A stretch of 64,000 nucleotides of DNA from TPA_inf: Saccharomyces (GCA_000146045.2 BK006941.2:224001-288000), one strand, 5' to 3'; positions 32,965 through 46,268 are shown, numbered from the stretch's first letter. Translations and numbers: made by a program. The notes: a model not told the origin generated them from the sequence alone.

Positions 32965-33706
32965 TTGATACAAGTATTTTAGATAATTATTTTAACGAAC
33001 GTAACGAATGCTTTCCAGTCAATAGCGGCACTGGTAATATGATACAAACAATTTCTCAATAAAACAACGACAAACTTAGTCTGTTTATATTTCCGTGCAA
33101 TGGTGGAAACCTGTACTCGATATTGGAGAAAACTTCAGAGCTTCCCAACAGTTATCCCGGATTCTTAATTGATGCTCTCGAAACGCACATAAAAATGTGA
33201 TTTTTTTACTCGCATTAAATTACTGTTGAATCTATGGTTCAAACAAATGTATATTTGCCTACACATCTTTCTCTGTCCCTTCTGTATTGTCTAACCTTAA
33301 AATAGAAATATTTCATGGTTTTATTTCTTTTAAGTTTATTATCCATTTTTAACGTGGTGAGAAAACCCGAAATGAAAAATAATAAAGGAAAATTATAGAG
33401 GAAAAAAAGTGTAGAAATAGAAAAAAAATAAAAAGGATAATACCGATCAGAAAAATCCTCTTTCTTGCTCTTCTTCTTTTCTTTGTATTTCTCCTGAAAA
33501 AATTCAGAAAAACATATATTGGGTTAAATACATAACTATTTAAAAGGCTGTAAACAATTCAACTGACATTAGATACATCACACTCAATTACTGTTGGAAA
33601 TAGGCAGATATATCCAGATTTTTACAATTACTATAGCACTTCCATTGAAGATATATAAAAAAAGAAAATAACAATAGGAGGAAGTAAAGAAAGCCGTTAA
33701 TAAACA

Positions 33707-36700
33707 ATGGTGTTATATAAAAGGAAACCTATATTACTTCCTGATCCAAAACCTTTACCATTGGATTTGAATGTACAAGTATGGCATATTGAAGAGACTG
33801 GAGAATGGTTTTCTAGTTACGAAGAATTTTTAGAAAGGTTTGATTTCTACACACGCCACCATTTTACATGCGAAATCACTGGTACTTCTTGCCTGACTTT
33901 TTTCCAAGCTCTGGATAGTGAGGAGACACAATTCAAATACGTCGAAGACAGATTCCCATTAAAGTTGAGAGAACCAGTTGCAAGATTTTTACATTTTAAC
34001 GGAATAAGAAGGTTAGATGCATTGGTGGAGAAAGTTTACGCAAGATTTAAAAATGACTTTTTCCCAGGAGAAGTTGTTTATCTACGTAAACAGAAAGACT
34101 CTTCTACCACAAGCTCTAATTCCCAACAAAGTACTCCTCAACCTGATGATATGGTCGAAATCAACAGTGTTGGTAATCCTGGCTTACCGCAGTACCAATA
34201 CCAAAGACGTTATGTTATCAAAGAAAAGGTCCAATTTAACGCAACGATAAATCCAGAGAGCAGGGAAATTGTGATGCCCGCTCATACTAAATACATGCTG
34301 ATAGAAGAAGCAGCTTCCAGTAATAAATCCTTCATTGTTGATCAAGGACAAATTTACAGGGACCGTTCCACTTTCACTAAGCACTTAATCAAATGTTTTT
34401 TCAAGATTACTTTACAGAGGGCATCTTCGAAAATGGGTGCACCTTGGTGTGTCAAACCGGAATATTTAGCGATGTATGGTTTAACGATGGAATGGCCAAA
34501 AGATATGTTAAAATATAAAGAAGATGAACCTGTCGTAGCAAGACGTTCCAACAGTGCCAATGTTTCATCCCCAGAAAGTGAAAAGAATAAACGTCAAAGT
34601 AAATCATCGGGTAAAAGTAACACCTCAAACGATGCTTCTAACAAAAAAGAAACCAAGAAAAAAAGAAAGCCAACCGAAGTAAATGATTCTGAGAATAATT
34701 CTTCGGAAGAAGACAAGAAGAAGGGTCAAAATGTCACATCAGAAACACATTCTAAAAAAAGGAAAAAGGAAGCCAATGAGGAACCGAACACGGAAAACGT
34801 CGAAAGCGTTCCTACACCAGCTAATGCGGAGCCTCAGGCTGTAACAATAACGAGCATAATGGATGACCTAGCTTTGCCATATCAACATCCACCGAACATC
34901 TTTCCAAACTTAACGTATTATAATGAAAAATTAGAATGTATTTCATTAGGTTCTACAAAACTTTCCAGACCTTTTGATTCTTTTGGAAAGCTATTACAAG
35001 CCTATCAGTTTCTGAATACGTTTGGTTCGAAAATTTGTCTCTCTCATTTTAGCCTTGACCAATTCATTACTTCTTTGAAATGTACAGACCCATATGAGTT
35101 AAAGGGCGAAGTTGTTTTAGTGAACATAAGAACGCAAACGTCTAAAGAACAAGAAATTGAAAATAACGGCCTGCCGATGAAAAACAAAGCAGAGACTACT
35201 ACTGAGGAAGACTCTGAAAACCCAAGTGACTGGCAAAGAAATTCATTTATTCGTGATATGATAATGAAAAGAAATTCCGACAAGGTTGAGTACAAGATTG
35301 TTCACGATGACCCAGCATCCGATGATATACTTGATAATATCAATCATAATGGGTCTGCTCTTCTCATTGAAGTTTTTACTGCGCTCTTACGTTTGTTCAT
35401 CAACGAAGAAGGCGATTGGAGTTGCATCGTCGTTGAAAACTGGATAATAGACGACAAGGGAGTCCTTATGGAGAGAAAAGATGAAAGAGGGGAGGGGGAG
35501 GCGAAGCAAAAACGAAATGCTCACGGATACTTTTTACAAGATAAGGAAAAGATCGACAACCTAAAGGACACATTAAAGGAAAACGCAACAGAAGTTCAAA
35601 AAGAATCAGACGCTAAAAACGAAACAAATTCAGAATCTGATTCTAAATCTGATTCTGACAGTGAAGAACGAGATCCTAAATTAGAAAAGTGTTTGAACTA
35701 CCGCAATGTTAACTGGATAGAACGCTTGACGAAAAGGCAATTTAATAACAGTTACTGGCTAATAATTTTACTGGGAGTCTTAGAAGATTGTAGACATCTT
35801 CCCATGTATACAGAGTTTATTGATTCTTTCATAGAAAAGATCATACCCAAAGATATATCAGCTACTCAATTGCCCAAACAGCTTTGGAGAAATTTCTGTC
35901 GAAAGCTGTCGTTCAGTGACAAAGTCAATGCGCTGTGGATACTTGTAGATCTCGTATCGCATTTTTCTCCAGATATCAAAGCTGCTGTAGATGATTCCAT
36001 GGAACTATGTGGTCAAATTCGTAGCGAAAGATTCAAAGTTGCGAGAGAGTTGAAAACGGAGGCAGCCGTCTTAAGTAATCTTCAAGGCGACCTGCAGGCA
36101 ATTCAAGAGAAGTTAAATAAAACAGATGAAAACACACCATCAGCCGATGGTGCCGATAAAAAAGATGATTCCGAATCAAATAGTGAACCAATTGATCTTA
36201 TTATCATTGAGAAAAAGCAAAAGTTAATTGAAGAGCAGGATAAAAAGGTACAAGCTTTACAATCAGATAAAAATTTCCTCGATAATTGTCTATTTGAAAA
36301 CGATCTACAAAGATTAAAGCCGTTGGGATTGGATCGATACGGGAACAGGTATTTTTGGCTGGATCACAATGGTGTTCCATTTCCTCAATATCCTGCTGGT
36401 ATGAATGAGACGCCGAAAAGTAACAATAGTTTGAGTTATCACTCCGGTCGTTTATTAATTCAGGGACCTAAAGCATCATCGGCGAAATTCTTTTTGAACG
36501 TCAGTGATGAGCAATTGAGCAATTGGCAAAAAATCAGAAATTCCGAAGGAATATCCGAGGCAACTAGGGAAGTATTTGGTATCTCCAAAACTAGTTCCGG
36601 ATCTTATAATTACGTAGAAAATGGAATAGAGGTCGAACTATTGGACAGTAATGATCGCGTAAACCCACTTATAGAGCTGACACCTATTCAAAAGAAAATT

Positions 36701-37501
36701 ATGGATGAAACACCTTCAAGGTTGCTACTATCACCAGATCAATGGTATTGCATTGACAAGTTAGAGGACTTGTCAAGAATAATGGACTGGTTAGATAATT
36801 GGGGTCGCAAAGAGCATGATCTCTTGAGGCAAATCAGACCCATAATGGAACGAATTAAAAGTTCCCTTAGCTTGCGCGACCATGCGCTGTCACTGACAGC
36901 ATTCACCAAAAATGAAGAAAAGTTGCTAAAGGAGTTAGAAAATAATGAATTTACCGAAAACGAATTGAACGTTGATAGTATGGATGTTGATGATAAAAAT
37001 AGCGGTGTTAAAAGTGAGGTTGATGTACAGGTTGATGCCGAAGAGAAGAGAGAAGCTGTGATAGACGAAAAGTTGGAGGTGATTGCAGACGAACTCATGA
37101 AGCTAGATGATAGCTCGAAAACACGCAATGTTCTTAATAGAATACAAGAATTAGAAGATCAGAGAGATGAACTCTTGGAACAGAAAAAATCCATAATAAA
37201 TTCGCAGAGGCCAGGCGCGAGGATTTTAGCCCGTTCAGAAAGGAAAAGAACCAAAATCTCCCGTGGTAATAAGGTGAATAAGCAGATTGAAATATTGACT
37301 GACTTAGTCAATTATAGACATTTTAAAGCTATGGAAGATGTGATAGCTTGGAAAAACGTTTTAGCAAATTCGATATGGGGTTCCTCACTTCGCAAAAATG
37401 CATCTGGTAATAAAAGGAGTGGTGTCATTGAAACAGTAGACGATAAATTAAAAGATATAGTGGGCCAAACCTCAAGAACAGTAACACCTGCCCCAAATTA
37501 A
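33707..37501 (+). CDS. ITC1: Isw2 chromatin-remodelling complex subunit (WAC/DDT-domain protein), 1264 aa
   Basis: ORF 33707..37501 +. N-terminal WAC-like region and long charged K/E/S-rich linkers. Matches YGL133W. Confidence 0.9.
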   Translation: MVLYKRKPILLPDPKPLPLDLNVQVWHIEETGEWFSSYEEFLERFDFYTRHHFTCEITGTSCLTFFQALDSEETQFKYVEDRFPLKLREPVARFLHFNGIRRLDALVEKVYARFKNDFFPGEVVYLRKQKDSSTTSSNSQQSTPQPDDMVEINSVGNPGLPQYQYQRRYVIKEKVQFNATINPESREIVMPAHTKYMLIEEAASSNKSFIVDQGQIYRDRSTFTKHLIKCFFKITLQRASSKMGAPWCVKPEYLAMYGLTMEWPKDMLKYKEDEPVVARRSNSANVSSPESEKNKRQSKSSGKSNTSNDASNKKETKKKRKPTEVNDSENNSSEEDKKKGQNVTSETHSKKRKKEANEEPNTENVESVPTPANAEPQAVTITSIMDDLALPYQHPPNIFPNLTYYNEKLECISLGSTKLSRPFDSFGKLLQAYQFLNTFGSKICLSHFSLDQFITSLKCTDPYELKGEVVLVNIRTQTSKEQEIENNGLPMKNKAETTTEEDSENPSDWQRNSFIRDMIMKRNSDKVEYKIVHDDPASDDILDNINHNGSALLIEVFTALLRLFINEEGDWSCIVVENWIIDDKGVLMERKDERGEGEAKQKRNAHGYFLQDKEKIDNLKDTLKENATEVQKESDAKNETNSESDSKSDSDSEERDPKLEKCLNYRNVNWIERLTKRQFNNSYWLIILLGVLEDCRHLPMYTEFIDSFIEKIIPKDISATQLPKQLWRNFCRKLSFSDKVNALWILVDLVSHFSPDIKAAVDDSMELCGQIRSERFKVARELKTEAAVLSNLQGDLQAIQEKLNKTDENTPSADGADKKDDSESNSEPIDLIIIEKKQKLIEEQDKKVQALQSDKNFLDNCLFENDLQRLKPLGLDRYGNRYFWLDHNGVPFPQYPAGMNETPKSNNSLSYHSGRLLIQGPKASSAKFFLNVSDEQLSNWQKIRNSEGISEATREVFGISKTSSGSYNYVENGIEVELLDSNDRVNPLIELTPIQKKIMDETPSRLLLSPDQWYCIDKLEDLSRIMDWLDNWGRKEHDLLRQIRPIMERIKSSLSLRDHALSLTAFTKNEEKLLKELENNEFTENELNVDSMDVDDKNSGVKSEVDVQVDAEEKREAVIDEKLEVIADELMKLDDSSKTRNVLNRIQELEDQRDELLEQKKSIINSQRPGARILARSERKRTKISRGNKVNKQIEILTDLVNYRHFKAMEDVIAWKNVLANSIWGSSLRKNASGNKRSGVIETVDDKLKDIVGQTSRTVTPAPN

Positions 37502-37647
37502 TATATAAAAAACTTCCTTTGTAACTGATGGTAAATTGTAGTATTCATAAATAGGATAAGATTATTCATTGTAAGCATAATGGAAAAAAATAACACAACA
37601 AAGCCGCGCAAGATTGGACCATACTTTCTATCTAAGGTAACTATCAC

Positions 37648-40600
37648 TTACTGGCTTGATGGATGCGTATTTTTGTCGGTACCAGCTTCTGAAATATCGA
37701 TATCAAACATAGCTGGCTCAATTCCTTCCATCAATTGCTGGGTAATTTCGACTGGTAAACCGTTATCGTTAGAGATATTAGCAGATGCGCTATCAAAATC
37801 GAGTTCTTGGGCACCTGATCTCAAATTGCAAGAATGGCAAATAATATCTTCATACCAGTATAAACTTTTGTTTGTACCACAATGTGGGCAAGTCCTTTCG
37901 AAAGGAAGTACGTAAATTTTGGGTTTAATAGCAGAGTCGTGTGAGTTTCCTGGCATTTCGCCGTGTCGCAGTCTAAGCTGTTCAAAATATCTCAACTCCA
38001 CTAGACTATGGTCAGATTCGCACTTATAATATCTGCAGTATTGTTCTATGTATGACAGAGTATGTTGAGGCTTGTACGATAATGGATAAAGTTCGTTTCC
38101 TTCTAAGCTGATATCGTGTCTATCGCATATTAGTATAGGTCTCAAAGTGTATGTATCGTTAAGCTTGACATCCTTTATGCACGGTAGAGTGGTGTCTACA
38201 GACATATTTTTCTTTTCAAACATAAGCTTAAAATTGGAGCTGTTCTGTGCACATGTAATATGATACCTATATTGGCATTTGTTACACTTCACTAACCCAC
38301 CTCCATTTATCCTGCACACACCACATGTAAATCTACTATGTTTAATAAGCACAGCAGTGGTATTAAGGGCAGGTTGCATTGATTGTCCGTTTCCATATTT
38401 GATATCTTCATTGAAAAGTGAGCAAACCAAATGCACCCATGTCCCTAAGCTCGTGCATTTCAATGCGTCTGGACATATTTTAAATGATTGGCTCCTATAT
38501 CTATCATAGTCATAGTCCTTCGTAGGACACATACTACATTGGTAGGTCGTTGATATTATAGGATTGAGGTCATTTGAACAAGGGTCACATAACCATTTAA
38601 ATGTCTTAAGGTTAGTGTTTTTCTTCATATCTTTCGGCAGTTTAATAGCATAACAGAAGTAGTGTACTGTAAGTCCACAATTACCACATACTACCTCATA
38701 GTTGTCATTGTCGTTAAATTTTTCTTTGCAGACACTACAAAAAGTCCTTGCGCTATTATTTGCCCATGCTGTATCAGGATTTTTTGGTTTATTCTTAGTG
38801 TGTTTCAAAATCATGTCTTTCTCTAACATTTTGCTCGGTTTATTACCATCATGGTATTTTTCAAGGGCGACAGAAGTTTCCTTAGAATGTGAAATAACTG
38901 TATAATTGTACGATGCCCCGTTTGGTTCGTTTAACGGATTACTTAACGCTATGTCATTGATCATTTTGATCTTCTTCGTTGAAGGTTCATTATATTTTGG
39001 CAGCTTATTATTCACTAACTTTAAGCTATTCCGTAATCGCTGAAATGTTTTGTTATCAAATTTGACAAATTTAAAACCTTTATCTACAGACACTGAACCA
39101 GAAGAACTGCCGCCTGTTTTAATTGAAATTTCTATCAAATCATTCGAAGCATTAGTGATTTTAGGAATATTGTTATTACTAGCCTTCTCGATAAATACAT
39201 CGTTGCACTTGCGATTTCGGCTTGTATCACTTGTTTTGATAGTACCAGGTGATTGTCGAATTATGTTCACGGGAAATTCGTCCTTTGTGTTTTTCGCTCT
39301 TTCTGGCTTTTGTTCAGGGATGGCTTTTCTTACCTCTTTGTTGTCCTCTATAAATAGCTCAAGATCTCGTTGCATCGTCTCCGGGTGAAACTCATTCTTT
39401 CGATATGATCTCACAGCCATTTTGTAGAGTTGCGTGTGGAATGTCATGGAATACCGCTTCATTTTCACAAATGAATTTGGGTTCTTGTAAACTTTCATTC
39501 TTTGCCTGATAATTAGCTCTGAATCCTGAACAAGTTCCCATTCTAGTAGTTTATTATGAGCTTGAAAGGGAGATAACGTAAACTTGTTTGTGTTATTCTC
39601 CTCTATAATCCCTTCTATCGCTGAATAAAAACTATTCTGACAGGTTCCCGTTATTTTTCTCAATGTTTCAAGCGGTGGTACCCACTTAATTGCGTATCTT
39701 CGCCACATACGAGCACAACGAATGCAAAGAGCGCCAAGTTTTTCATTCTTTTTGCTATGGGCAGGCGATTTCTCTGAAATTTCTGTTTTTTCGTTGACTC
39801 CTGTCTGCATTCTTATCTTGATCTTTTCATCATCTGAACCTCCAGTAACTCTATACCACATCGGGGAGTAATCTGTTTTACAAAACATGCATTGGAAGGA
39901 GGATTCTGCTAAAGAGAGTTTCTCAGTATCAAAAGAAGAATCATCTATATACTTTGTCTCTACGTCATTTTCATGATTAGCGATTTCTTTTTTTCTTTTA
40001 TTCTTTGATAACTTACTCAATTTCCCTCTCACGGTAAGGCCTCTTTCAGTCTTTTTCCAATTGTAATAAAATCTAACAATCATCGACATAGGTTGAGTGC
40101 CCACATACTCACACACTGGGCGTAATTCACTCCCAAATTTCTCGACAGCTTCCTCAAACTTTCGGATCTCCACGGCGGTAAAACTTGGCTCTTTCAAAAA
40201 TTTTCTGGAAAGCTCCCTTTTACATTTTTTAAATGCCTCTGCTGTATCATAATTTGTAAATAATAAATTCTTTAGGACTACATCAATGAAATTACAAGTC
40301 TCACCTCTCACATTGAGAATAGGGCATATTTCGCTTTTGCATTGTTCAATATATTCACTCAATTTTCGAGTAGTAATTTTTGATGCATCAAGTACCCATG
40401 CTAGTTCCGAAGTTTTCGTTGAGCCTCGCTCTTCTTCTGAATTTGCACTTATATACGAGTTCCGCCTCCAGGGCACATTATGATTACATCCGTTCCATTG
40501 ATACTTCACTCCTACCCTAGAGGGTTTGAAAGGATATGGAAAAAACATAGAATCATTTAATGCGTCACCAATATGAGAAATGGAATATATTCCTAAGTAT

Positions 40601-41859
40601 TGAAACCAGCAATTTTCGGTATTATAACCAACATTCTCTTTGATAGCTTTGCTAGAAATTTCTTCAATTTTTTGTCTTACAGAGCGAATAAAATCCAGTT
40701 CCAGTGCTTGTTCTTCTAGAAACCTAACATGCGAGTCCTTAGTACCTTGTTGTTTCTGTAAGCAACTGAAGCAGGTCCAAACGACGTCTTTGTTCGGCTT
40801 CCTGTCAAGTGGCGGATCCATACAGTATAGATGTGCACAAACGCCGCATTCATCACATGAAAGGCTCTCCTTTTGGATACACCATTCTTTACAGAACTGA
40901 CATCTTTTATCCCATTGGTAGTCTGCAGGACTTAATTCGTTTACCTCTAGTTCATGGAAAACGTATTTCTTCAAAACGTTCTCCAATGGATACTTCGGTT
41001 CTGTATAGATATAACGAAATCTCCTATTCAAAACATAAAGAAATGGCGACTTACTGTTCCATTTATTTAATATTTTATCCGTGCTGTAAACTTTGTAATA
41101 TTTCAAAGTATATCTGTCAAAAAGTTCATCAAAGTAAAAGATATTGGGTCGTATAATGCATTCCTTCTCATTAGGAAGAACATCAAAAACTTCGTCTTTA
41201 TGAAATATACTACATTTTCCCCTGTATGATGAAATAGGACATATGTCCTGGTGTAATGATGCATACACCAACCTTGGGTTAAAAGTATTTACGTGCTCTT
41301 GAATATCCCTAGGACGATAAAACCAATTCATTCTAACTTGAAAAAATTTAGCAGGGAAGACCGATGTTGTCTTTATAGCTTCATGAATAGTGTTAGAAAA
41401 TTCTGGTTTACTAACAAAATTTACAACTCTGCCAACATAATAAGGCTCGCCAGCAGGCTCTGATATCATATAAATAGTGTCGTTCGCAGATAAAAGGACA
41501 GATTCTGTATTGAAAAGAGACATCTTTTTCAAGTCAATCATGGCATCATCTAGATCAAGTATGTTAGAGAATCTGCTATTCTTTCTGAACGAAGGGGGTA
41601 ATGTAGGGATAAAGTTCCAGCAAGTATTCTTATCATGAAGGAATTTTTGGTACTTGAATTTCTCGTTTCTACTAGCTGGATTGCTTGTCCTTTTACAATT
41701 CCTGGGAGTTTGGCTATTGCTACCCTTGGTCTTAGCACCACTTTTTTCCGCTATTTGTATTTGTTGAACTAATTTAGTATCTATTTCCATTTCATTATAA
41801 TTCACGTTTTTAGCAGCCTCTCTTCTTCTAGGTAATTGGAAATCTTCTTCTTTAGGCAT
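37648..41859 (-). CDS. SNT2: BAH/PHD/SANT-domain chromatin protein and E3 ubiquitin ligase (1403 aa)
   Basis: ORF 37648..41859 -. Multiple C4HC3 PHD fingers are visible, for example CQFCKEWCIQKESLSCDECGVCAHLYCMDPPL...WTCFSC and CSVCKEKF...VVCGNCGLTVHYFCY. Matches YGL131C. Confidence 0.92.
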   Translation of the reverse strand: MPKEEDFQLPRRREAAKNVNYNEMEIDTKLVQQIQIAEKSGAKTKGSNSQTPRNCKRTSNPASRNEKFKYQKFLHDKNTCWNFIPTLPPSFRKNSRFSNILDLDDAMIDLKKMSLFNTESVLLSANDTIYMISEPAGEPYYVGRVVNFVSKPEFSNTIHEAIKTTSVFPAKFFQVRMNWFYRPRDIQEHVNTFNPRLVYASLHQDICPISSYRGKCSIFHKDEVFDVLPNEKECIIRPNIFYFDELFDRYTLKYYKVYSTDKILNKWNSKSPFLYVLNRRFRYIYTEPKYPLENVLKKYVFHELEVNELSPADYQWDKRCQFCKEWCIQKESLSCDECGVCAHLYCMDPPLDRKPNKDVVWTCFSCLQKQQGTKDSHVRFLEEQALELDFIRSVRQKIEEISSKAIKENVGYNTENCWFQYLGIYSISHIGDALNDSMFFPYPFKPSRVGVKYQWNGCNHNVPWRRNSYISANSEEERGSTKTSELAWVLDASKITTRKLSEYIEQCKSEICPILNVRGETCNFIDVVLKNLLFTNYDTAEAFKKCKRELSRKFLKEPSFTAVEIRKFEEAVEKFGSELRPVCEYVGTQPMSMIVRFYYNWKKTERGLTVRGKLSKLSKNKRKKEIANHENDVETKYIDDSSFDTEKLSLAESSFQCMFCKTDYSPMWYRVTGGSDDEKIKIRMQTGVNEKTEISEKSPAHSKKNEKLGALCIRCARMWRRYAIKWVPPLETLRKITGTCQNSFYSAIEGIIEENNTNKFTLSPFQAHNKLLEWELVQDSELIIRQRMKVYKNPNSFVKMKRYSMTFHTQLYKMAVRSYRKNEFHPETMQRDLELFIEDNKEVRKAIPEQKPERAKNTKDEFPVNIIRQSPGTIKTSDTSRNRKCNDVFIEKASNNNIPKITNASNDLIEISIKTGGSSSGSVSVDKGFKFVKFDNKTFQRLRNSLKLVNNKLPKYNEPSTKKIKMINDIALSNPLNEPNGASYNYTVISHSKETSVALEKYHDGNKPSKMLEKDMILKHTKNKPKNPDTAWANNSARTFCSVCKEKFNDNDNYEVVCGNCGLTVHYFCYAIKLPKDMKKNTNLKTFKWLCDPCSNDLNPIISTTYQCSMCPTKDYDYDRYRSQSFKICPDALKCTSLGTWVHLVCSLFNEDIKYGNGQSMQPALNTTAVLIKHSRFTCGVCRINGGGLVKCNKCQYRYHITCAQNSSNFKLMFEKKNMSVDTTLPCIKDVKLNDTYTLRPILICDRHDISLEGNELYPLSYKPQHTLSYIEQYCRYYKCESDHSLVELRYFEQLRLRHGEMPGNSHDSAIKPKIYVLPFERTCPHCGTNKSLYWYEDIICHSCNLRSGAQELDFDSASANISNDNGLPVEITQQLMEGIEPAMFDIDISEAGTDKNTHPSSQ

Positions 41860-42144
41860 AGCGTGACCAGCTGAAAGGCAGATGATCTCAATATGTCCCG
41901 ATAGGCCAATTTTGCCACCAGATAGTTCGATGGCATTTTATTTTTAGTCCTTTTGAAAGCAATATCATAAAATATATATAGTTCTCCATGATGTTCGGGT
42001 CAGTCGCTCCGAAGCGTAACCTAGTATAATAAATAGTTCATTGCAGAAAATAACGAAAGAAATGGTGGAATACGATCTGTTATATCTAAACTAAAGCTAA
42101 CTAACGGAATAAGCAAATACGAATCGACCGCTAATTTAACAAAT

Positions 42145-43524
42145 ATGGTTTTAGCAATGGAAAGTAGAGTGGCACCGGAAATTCCTGGGCTCATTCAACC
42201 TGGGAATGTCACGCAAGACTTGAAGATGATGGTCTGTAAATTATTGAATTCCCCAAAACCTACGAAAACATTCCCTGGTTCCCAGCCTGTGTCCTTTCAG
42301 CATTCTGATGTGGAAGAGAAGCTGCTTGCGCATGATTACTACGTTTGTGAGAAAACAGATGGTCTGCGGGTGTTGATGTTTATAGTGATAAATCCTGTGA
42401 CGGGTGAGCAAGGATGCTTTATGATTGATAGGGAAAATAACTATTATCTGGTTAATGGATTTAGGTTTCCCAGATTACCCCAAAAGAAGAAAGAAGAGCT
42501 GCTAGAGACTCTTCAAGATGGCACCTTATTAGATGGTGAACTTGTCATACAAACTAACCCAATGACAAAATTACAAGAGTTGCGTTATTTAATGTTCGAT
42601 TGTCTTGCTATCAATGGTAGATGTCTCACACAATCACCAACAAGTTCTAGACTAGCCCACCTTGGAAAAGAATTTTTTAAACCATACTTCGATTTAAGAG
42701 CAGCGTACCCTAATCGTTGTACTACTTTTCCGTTCAAAATTTCCATGAAACATATGGATTTCAGTTACCAATTAGTAAAAGTTGCTAAAAGTTTAGATAA
42801 ACTACCACATCTTTCTGATGGTCTGATATTTACTCCTGTGAAGGCACCTTACACTGCCGGCGGAAAAGATTCATTGTTATTAAAATGGAAGCCAGAACAA
42901 GAAAACACCGTGGACTTCAAATTGATTTTAGATATCCCAATGGTGGAGGATCCTTCTTTGCCTAAAGATGATCGGAACAGGTGGTATTACAATTATGACG
43001 TTAAGCCAGTTTTCAGCTTATATGTCTGGCAAGGCGGAGCTGATGTCAATTCACGTTTAAAACATTTCGACCAGCCTTTCGATAGGAAGGAATTTGAAAT
43101 ATTAGAAAGAACATACAGAAAATTTGCAGAGTTGAGCGTTTCAGATGAGGAATGGCAAAATTTGAAGAACCTAGAACAGCCATTAAATGGTAGAATAGTA
43201 GAGTGCGCAAAAAACCAAGAGACTGGGGCGTGGGAAATGTTAAGATTCAGGGATGATAAGTTAAATGGTAATCATACATCGGTGGTCCAGAAAGTTTTGG
43301 AGAGTATCAACGATTCAGTTTCATTGGAGGACCTCGAGGAAATTGTTGGTGATATTAAAAGGTGCTGGGACGAGAGAAGAGCAAATATGGCTGGTGGTAG
43401 TGGGAGACCACTACCGTCTCAAAGTCAAAATGCGACATTATCTACCTCTAAGCCAGTCCATTCACAGCCCCCAAGTAATGATAAGGAGCCAAAATATGTA
43501 GACGAGGATGATTGGTCGGATTAG
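42145..43524 (+). CDS. CEG1: mRNA capping enzyme guanylyltransferase alpha subunit (459 aa)
   Basis: ORF 42145..43524 +. Nucleotidyltransferase motif I KxDG with the active-site lysine (YYVCEKTDGLRVLM) and the downstream covalent nucleotidyltransferase motifs. Confidence 0.95.
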   Translation: MVLAMESRVAPEIPGLIQPGNVTQDLKMMVCKLLNSPKPTKTFPGSQPVSFQHSDVEEKLLAHDYYVCEKTDGLRVLMFIVINPVTGEQGCFMIDRENNYYLVNGFRFPRLPQKKKEELLETLQDGTLLDGELVIQTNPMTKLQELRYLMFDCLAINGRCLTQSPTSSRLAHLGKEFFKPYFDLRAAYPNRCTTFPFKISMKHMDFSYQLVKVAKSLDKLPHLSDGLIFTPVKAPYTAGGKDSLLLKWKPEQENTVDFKLILDIPMVEDPSLPKDDRNRWYYNYDVKPVFSLYVWQGGADVNSRLKHFDQPFDRKEFEILERTYRKFAELSVSDEEWQNLKNLEQPLNGRIVECAKNQETGAWEMLRFRDDKLNGNHTSVVQKVLESINDSVSLEDLEEIVGDIKRCWDERRANMAGGSGRPLPSQSQNATLSTSKPVHSQPPSNDKEPKYVDEDDWSD

Positions 43525-43722
43525 GCTAAGAAGTGTTCGTATCGACATATATCGGTGTAAGAATTTTGTGTATGAATAAGATAGAAAAGCAAAAGCAATT
43601 GCTTTTGCTAAATTAATTCAGTTAGTTATCTATTTATATGTACATGAGAAATGGGAGAATTTTGAGAAGCGAGGGTGAAAGTGTTATATACGCATATACA
43701 TGTATATATATGCGCATGCTTA

Positions 43723-45117
<1,395 letters not shown>

Positions 45118-45292
45118 TTAATGTTTTCCCTCGAAGTATAGAAGTTGATGTATATATACAATATACATATATATATATTCTTGTACATAGTACTTGCTGA
45201 GTTTCCTTTTCTTTTTCTTCCGTTTTGTAAGAAAGCCCCGGAAAATATAGTGTTCCATAGGATAAAGAAAAACAGGCATACATATGTGCAAG

Positions 45293-46144
45293 CTAGTCGA
45301 GTAGGATAGGTTCATTAGAGACCAGTCTTGCAATATCGTCATTCAGTTCCGTCTCCAAATTAAAATCAGAGTAGTAATGTAGCGGGATCAAGGGCGAAAT
45401 ATCCTTGACCGTGGGTATGAGGTTCCCACTTGACCAGTTTCGGAATACGTGCTGCGCTGTGATGGGAGTATCGAATACAGTATATATGATGATTGAATCA
45501 TCCTTCGAGTAGTTGTTTCTTTCAGAGAAGTAGATGTCGTAGATTTCATTAGCACTTAGCGTGATGAATACTTGATTGCGCAAATGAGATAAGCAGTTTG
45601 ATTTATTATTTGATTGCAGGAAGTTGTCAAGGACAATTCTCAAAGTAGAGCAATCGTAATACGGATGTTGCGAAGCATTTTCTTGGTCTTGTGTGTTGAG
45701 ATGTTTCCAGTCACCATAGGGCAAGTTGAAATGTTTTAGTTTCCTGAGTAGCTCGCCGTGGCGTTGGATTTGCAATAAATCAGGATGTGGTGTGGTGGTG
45801 GGTATCGTACTCGATTCAGATTCTTCCAGCTTTTGTATAAGTTTATTTCTTTCAATGTCGTTTGTTTTCCGTAGGAACTCAATTAACCAGCGGTCGTAAT
45901 GGGGTCTCACGTCTGCATTGGTGAGGATATTAGTTGCGGTCGATAATAAGTGGAATTTGTGTATAATTGATGGATTGTCCGGGTGTTTGTCAGGATGATA
46001 CTTCAGGGCAAGGGTCCTGTATTTGCGTTTAATTTGGGGCAAATCATCGTAGATGGTATGGACGTCCAGGGGGGTCGGTAATTCTAATACATCATATAGG
46101 TTCAAACGTTGATTTATTACGTCTTCCAATTCGTGTCCTGGCAT
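45293..46144 (-). CDS. CWC23: J-domain spliceosomal protein (283 aa)
   Basis: J domain with HPD motif (YDVLELP...ALKYHPDKHPDN). The true start is the Met at 46144 (MPGHELEDVINQ...). The longer track ORF to 46336 reads through an upstream TA/TG microsatellite (MNIYTHTHIYISHIYIYICIYIC) and is an artefact. Confidence 0.88.
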   Translation of the reverse strand: MPGHELEDVINQRLNLYDVLELPTPLDVHTIYDDLPQIKRKYRTLALKYHPDKHPDNPSIIHKFHLLSTATNILTNADVRPHYDRWLIEFLRKTNDIERNKLIQKLEESESSTIPTTTPHPDLLQIQRHGELLRKLKHFNLPYGDWKHLNTQDQENASQHPYYDCSTLRIVLDNFLQSNNKSNCLSHLRNQVFITLSANEIYDIYFSERNNYSKDDSIIIYTVFDTPITAQHVFRNWSSGNLIPTVKDISPLIPLHYYSDFNLETELNDDIARLVSNEPILLD

Positions 46145-46268
46145 AGTCGTGGCGAGGCTTGTAGTACGGCGATGGACTTGCTTTTTGATTTTGCTTTCAT
46201 CTTCTAATGTCTTGCGAGATAATATGCAAGGAAAACAAAGGAAAGAAAATACAAAGTAATGCGGCTTG

